Virus record (IMG/VR): IMGVR_UViG_2563366996_000005
Coordinates: 1 to 21,434 of that record
Source: a virus
Lineage: Duplodnaviria; Heunggongvirae; Uroviricota; Caudoviricetes
Length of the DNA: 21,434 nucleotides
Reading direction: 5' to 3' (one strand)
The position numbers and the translations under genes were made by a program. Positions 16,437 through 21,434 of this stretch are shown piece by piece. Position 1 is the first letter of the stretch, and every line of letters starts with the position of its first letter. The notes below the pieces were generated by a model, which made no database searches, was not told the origin of the DNA, and worked only from the letters and a program-made list of their open reading frames with translations.

Positions 16437-16900
16437 GCAGAGTAACCGCGATTATCTCCGCTCTGGTTATCTGCATCATCGTCTGCCTGTCATGGGCTGT
16501 TAATCATTACCGTGATAATGCAATCGCCTACAAAGAACAGCGCGATAACAAGGCCAGTGAACTGGAGAAGGCGAACGCCACCATTACTGACATGCAGCAG
16601 CGCCAGCGTGATGCTGATGCACTCGATGATAAATACACGAAGGAGTTAGCTGATGCGAAAGCTGAAAATGATGCTCTTCGGCGCAAGCTTGATAATGGTG
16701 GTCGGGTGCTCGTCAAAGGAAAATGCCCTGTGCCATCCTCAGCCGAAACCTCCAGCGCCTCCGGCATGGGCAATGATGCCACCGTCGAACTCTCTCCAGT
16801 TGCTGGACGAAACGTTCTCGGTATCCGGGACGGAATTATCCGCGACCAAACAGCATTGAGAACGCTTCAGGAATACATCAGGACGCAATGCCTTCGATGA
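16433..16900 (+). CDS. Rz: Rz i-spanin, ~155 aa
   Basis: Track ORF 16421..16900. The likely start is ATG 16433, ATGA-coupled to the endolysin stop. N-terminal TM segment, then a coiled-coil periplasmic domain. Confidence 0.8.
   Translation: MSRVTAIISALVICIIVCLSWAVNHYRDNAIAYKEQRDNKASELEKANATITDMQQRQRDADALDDKYTKELADAKAENDALRRKLDNGGRVLVKGKCPVPSSAETSSASGMGNDATVELSPVAGRNVLGIRDGIIRDQTALRTLQEYIRTQCLR
16653..16859 (+). CDS. Rz1: Rz1 o-spanin lipoprotein, embedded in the +1 frame of Rz
   Basis: Track ORF. Lipobox LIMVVGC followed by a proline-rich segment [11 protein letters not shown]. Entirely inside Rz. Confidence 0.7.
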   Translation: MRKLKMMLFGASLIMVVGCSSKENALCHPQPKPPAPPAWAMMPPSNSLQLLDETFSVSGTELSATKQH

Positions 16901-17040
16901 TAGCGATAATTTTACTCATCATCCTTCACATCTGGCTCTGTAGACAGGGTGGTGCTCACTTCTGGAGTGAATCCAGATTAAACATCTCATTGCTGATGCT
17001 TGATATTGAGCATTTTGCGCGCGGTAAGGGGCTGCGTTGA
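16897..17040 (+). CDS. Possible small hydrophobic protein (47 aa), translationally coupled to the Rz stop
   Basis: Manual translation [47 protein letters not shown], with its ATG overlapping the Rz TGA (ATGA). There is no other support. Confidence 0.3.
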   Translation: MIAIILLIILHIWLCRQGGAHFWSESRLNISLLMLDIEHFARGKGLR

Positions 17041-17074
17041 GATAAGAGCCAGTCATTACAAATACCAGGATTTA

Positions 17075-17097
17075 GCCTCGCATTCGCGGGGCTTTTT
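17075..17097 (+). terminator. Intrinsic terminator downstream of the lysis cassette
   Basis: GCCTCGC-ATTC-GCGGGGC (one G-U pair) followed by TTTTT. Confidence 0.45.
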
Positions 17098-17391
17098 ATT
17101 GCCATTACAAAAGCCACTTCCTACAGAGTGGCTTTGATAATGGCTTATACCCTACACGGGATAACTTAACTGATATCCCTTTTAAAGGATAAAGGTATTC
17201 AAGCCTGACACATCATGCGCTGTATCGTCGCCGTATTCCCGTATTAACAGAGACCGTAGCCCGACGGGGAACTCCTTCTGCGCGAGTGTGCGGGAATAAT
17301 CAATAACGATGCACACCGGGGTTACCGGGTACACATATTTCATCATGCCAGCGAGTCCGGTTCTGGCACGGAAGAAACCGGACGTTATGAT

Positions 17392-17802
17392 TTAGTGCGG
17401 AAATATTTGTGTAGTGTTCTGAATGTTCTCAGTAAAGAGTAATGAATTATCAAAGGTATAGTAATACCTTTTGTTTTCGTGGATATTTGTAATCCATCTG
17501 AAAACCCCTGCTGTAGCAAGATTTTTCCTGTATTCGTAAAATGATAACTCTCCTGATTTGAATCCTTTTAAGGTGGCTTCTATAAGGCATTTATTTTTTG
17601 AAAATCTTACATTTACAACCTTACTCTGTCCTTTTATTAAAACCGTATTATCGTTTTCAAGAACAAGATGAATATTCTCTGTGGCTAAATAGTAAATGTA
17701 ATGTGAGACATTGTGACGTTTTAGTTCAGAATAAAACCAGTGATAGTTTAAATTATTTCGCACTTTATCGAATATTTGTTTAAAAATGGCAACCTGAGCC
17801 AT
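17392..17802 (-). CDS. DUF1398-family protein (YbcV/YdfO-like), ~136 aa from the internal Met
   Basis: Track ORF 17392..17817. The internal Met ([43 protein letters not shown]...) has an AAGG RBS. Similarity to E. coli cryptic-prophage YdfO/YbcV is recalled. Confidence 0.6.
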   Translation of the reverse strand: MAQVAIFKQIFDKVRNNLNYHWFYSELKRHNVSHYIYYLATENIHLVLENDNTVLIKGQSKVVNVRFSKNKCLIEATLKGFKSGELSFYEYRKNLATAGVFRWITNIHENKRYYYTFDNSLLFTENIQNTTQIFPH

Positions 17803-17859
17803 TGTAGTACCTTCCATGTGATATGAAGGTACCTAGTCTGCACGATTATCTAAATTGCT

Positions 17860-18093
17860 TCAATCTGGTCTGACCTGCTTTCTGAGCAATTCAGTAATGT
17901 CACTCTTTTCTTTGTTTGCTTCAGGCGAAACTCTTTTTTCTGAGCACAGTCTTCGGCGGCAGGCTTCAATGACCCAGGCTGAGAAATTCCCGGACCCTTT
18001 TTGATCAAGAGCAATGTTAATTTGTTCAATCATTTGGTTAGGAAAGCGGATGTTGCGGGTTGTTGTTCTGCGGGTTCTGTTCTTAGTTGACAT
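17860..18093 (-). CDS. Ribbon-helix-helix DNA-binding protein, 77 aa
   Basis: Track ORF. Basic N-terminus followed by an RHH-like beta-strand and two helices (IRFPNQMIEQINIALDQKG...SAWVIEACRRRL). Directly upstream of, and co-oriented with, the DUF1398 gene. Confidence 0.55.
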   Translation of the reverse strand: MSTKNRTRRTTTRNIRFPNQMIEQINIALDQKGSGNFSAWVIEACRRRLCSEKRVSPEANKEKSDITELLRKQVRPD

Positions 18094-18292
18094 GAGGTTG
18101 CCCCGTATTCAGTGTCGCTGATTTGTATTGTCTGAAGTTGTTTTTACGTTAAGTTGATGCAGATCAATTAATATGATACCTGCGTCATAATTGATTATTT
18201 GACGTGGTTTGATGGCGTAGATGCACGTTGTGACATGCAGATGATAATTATTATCATTTTGCGGGTCCTTTCCGGCGATCCGACAGGTTACG

Positions 18293-18304
18293 GGGCGGCG
18301 ACCT
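18293..18304. other. cosN (12-nt cohesive-end sequence GGGCGGCGACCT); cosQ lies to its left and cosB to its right
   Basis: Flanked by lambda-like sequence ...tccgacaggttacg|gggcggcgacct|cgcgggttttcgctatttatg... Nu1 starts ~178 nt downstream, as in lambda. Confidence 0.9.
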
Positions 18305-18481
18305 CGCGGGTTTTCGCTATTTATGAAAATTTTCCGGTTTAAGGCGTTTCCGTTCTTCTTCGTCGTAACTTAATGTTTTTATTTAAAATACCCCCTGAAA
18401 AGAAAGGAAACGACAGGTGCTGAAAACGAACTTTTGGGCCTCTGTCGTTTCCTTTCTCTGTTTTTGGCCGTGGAATGAACA

Positions 18482-19001
18482 ATGGAAGTCAACAAAAAGC
18501 AGCTGGCTGACATTTTCGGTGCGAGTATCCGTACCATTCAGAACTGGCAGGAACAGGGAATGCCCGTTCTGCGAGGCGGTGGCAAGGGTAATGAGGTGCT
18601 TTATGACTCTGCCGCCGTTATAAGATGGTATGCCGAAAGGGATGCTGAAATTGAGAACGAAAAGCTGCGCCGGGAAGTTGAAGAACTGCGGCAGGCCAGC
18701 GAGACAGATCTCCAGCCAGGGACTATTGAGTACGAACGCCATCGACTTACGCGTGCGCAGGCCGACGCACAGGAGCTGAAAAATGCCAGAGACTCCGCTG
18801 AAGTGGTGGAAACCGCATTCTGTACTTTCGTGCTGTCGCGGATCGCAGGTGAAATTGCCAGTATTCTCGACGGGATCCCCCTGTCGGTGCAGCGGCGTTT
18901 TCCGGAACTGGAAAACCGACATGTTGATTTCCTGAAACGGGATATCATCAAAGCCATGAACAAAGCAGCCGCGCTGGATGAACTGATACCGGGGTTGCTG
19001 A

Positions 19002-19027
<26 letters not shown>
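18482..19027 (+). CDS. nu1: Terminase small subunit Nu1, 181 aa
   Basis: Track ORF; MEVNKKQLADIFGASIRTIQNWQEQGMPV... matches recalled lambda Nu1. Confidence 0.95.

Positions 19028-21434
<2,407 letters not shown>

Noticed and set aside
17803-17817. Upstream ATG for the DUF1398 gene (longest track ORF)
   Set aside because: No RBS precedes it, whereas the internal Met at 17802 has an AAGG RBS at the right spacing.

Overview
The window is a lambdoid (lambda-like) prophage or phage genome segment read in prophage order, so the cos site lies inside it (cosN at about 18293-18304). I identified genes by reading the ORF-track translations and recalling protein sequences from memory; no database search was run, so every family assignment is recall-based and all motif coordinates are hand-counted (about +/-1 nt). 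Left to right: the lambda pL-operon genes on the minus strand (bet 5' end, gam, kil, cIII, ea10), a plus-strand sieB-like gene, a P22-type N gene with P22-type nutL, then an immunity region with a non-lambda cI-like repressor, cro-like gene, P22-type nutR and cII. Lambda replication genes O (with ori iterons), P and ren follow. The nin region is replaced by accessory cargo, then ninB, a ninD-like ORF, ybcO-like, rusA, a ylcG-like ORF and a short Q antiterminator. A porin gene sits on the opposite strand between Q and a phage-21-type lysis cassette (pinholin, SAR endolysin, Rz/Rz1). After cos come lambda Nu1, A, W and the start of B. The three strongest leads are: (1) an uncharacterised 299-aa single-pass membrane protein in the rexAB-equivalent slot next to the repressor; (2) a gene for a membrane-anchored coiled-coil protein with a C-terminal T5orf172/GIY-YIG-like domain, split by an IS1 insertion with a perfect 9-bp target-site duplication; (3) a roughly 1.8-kb module (Bro-N protein plus an unknown 169-aa protein) bracketed by about 98-bp direct repeats of about 90% identity.
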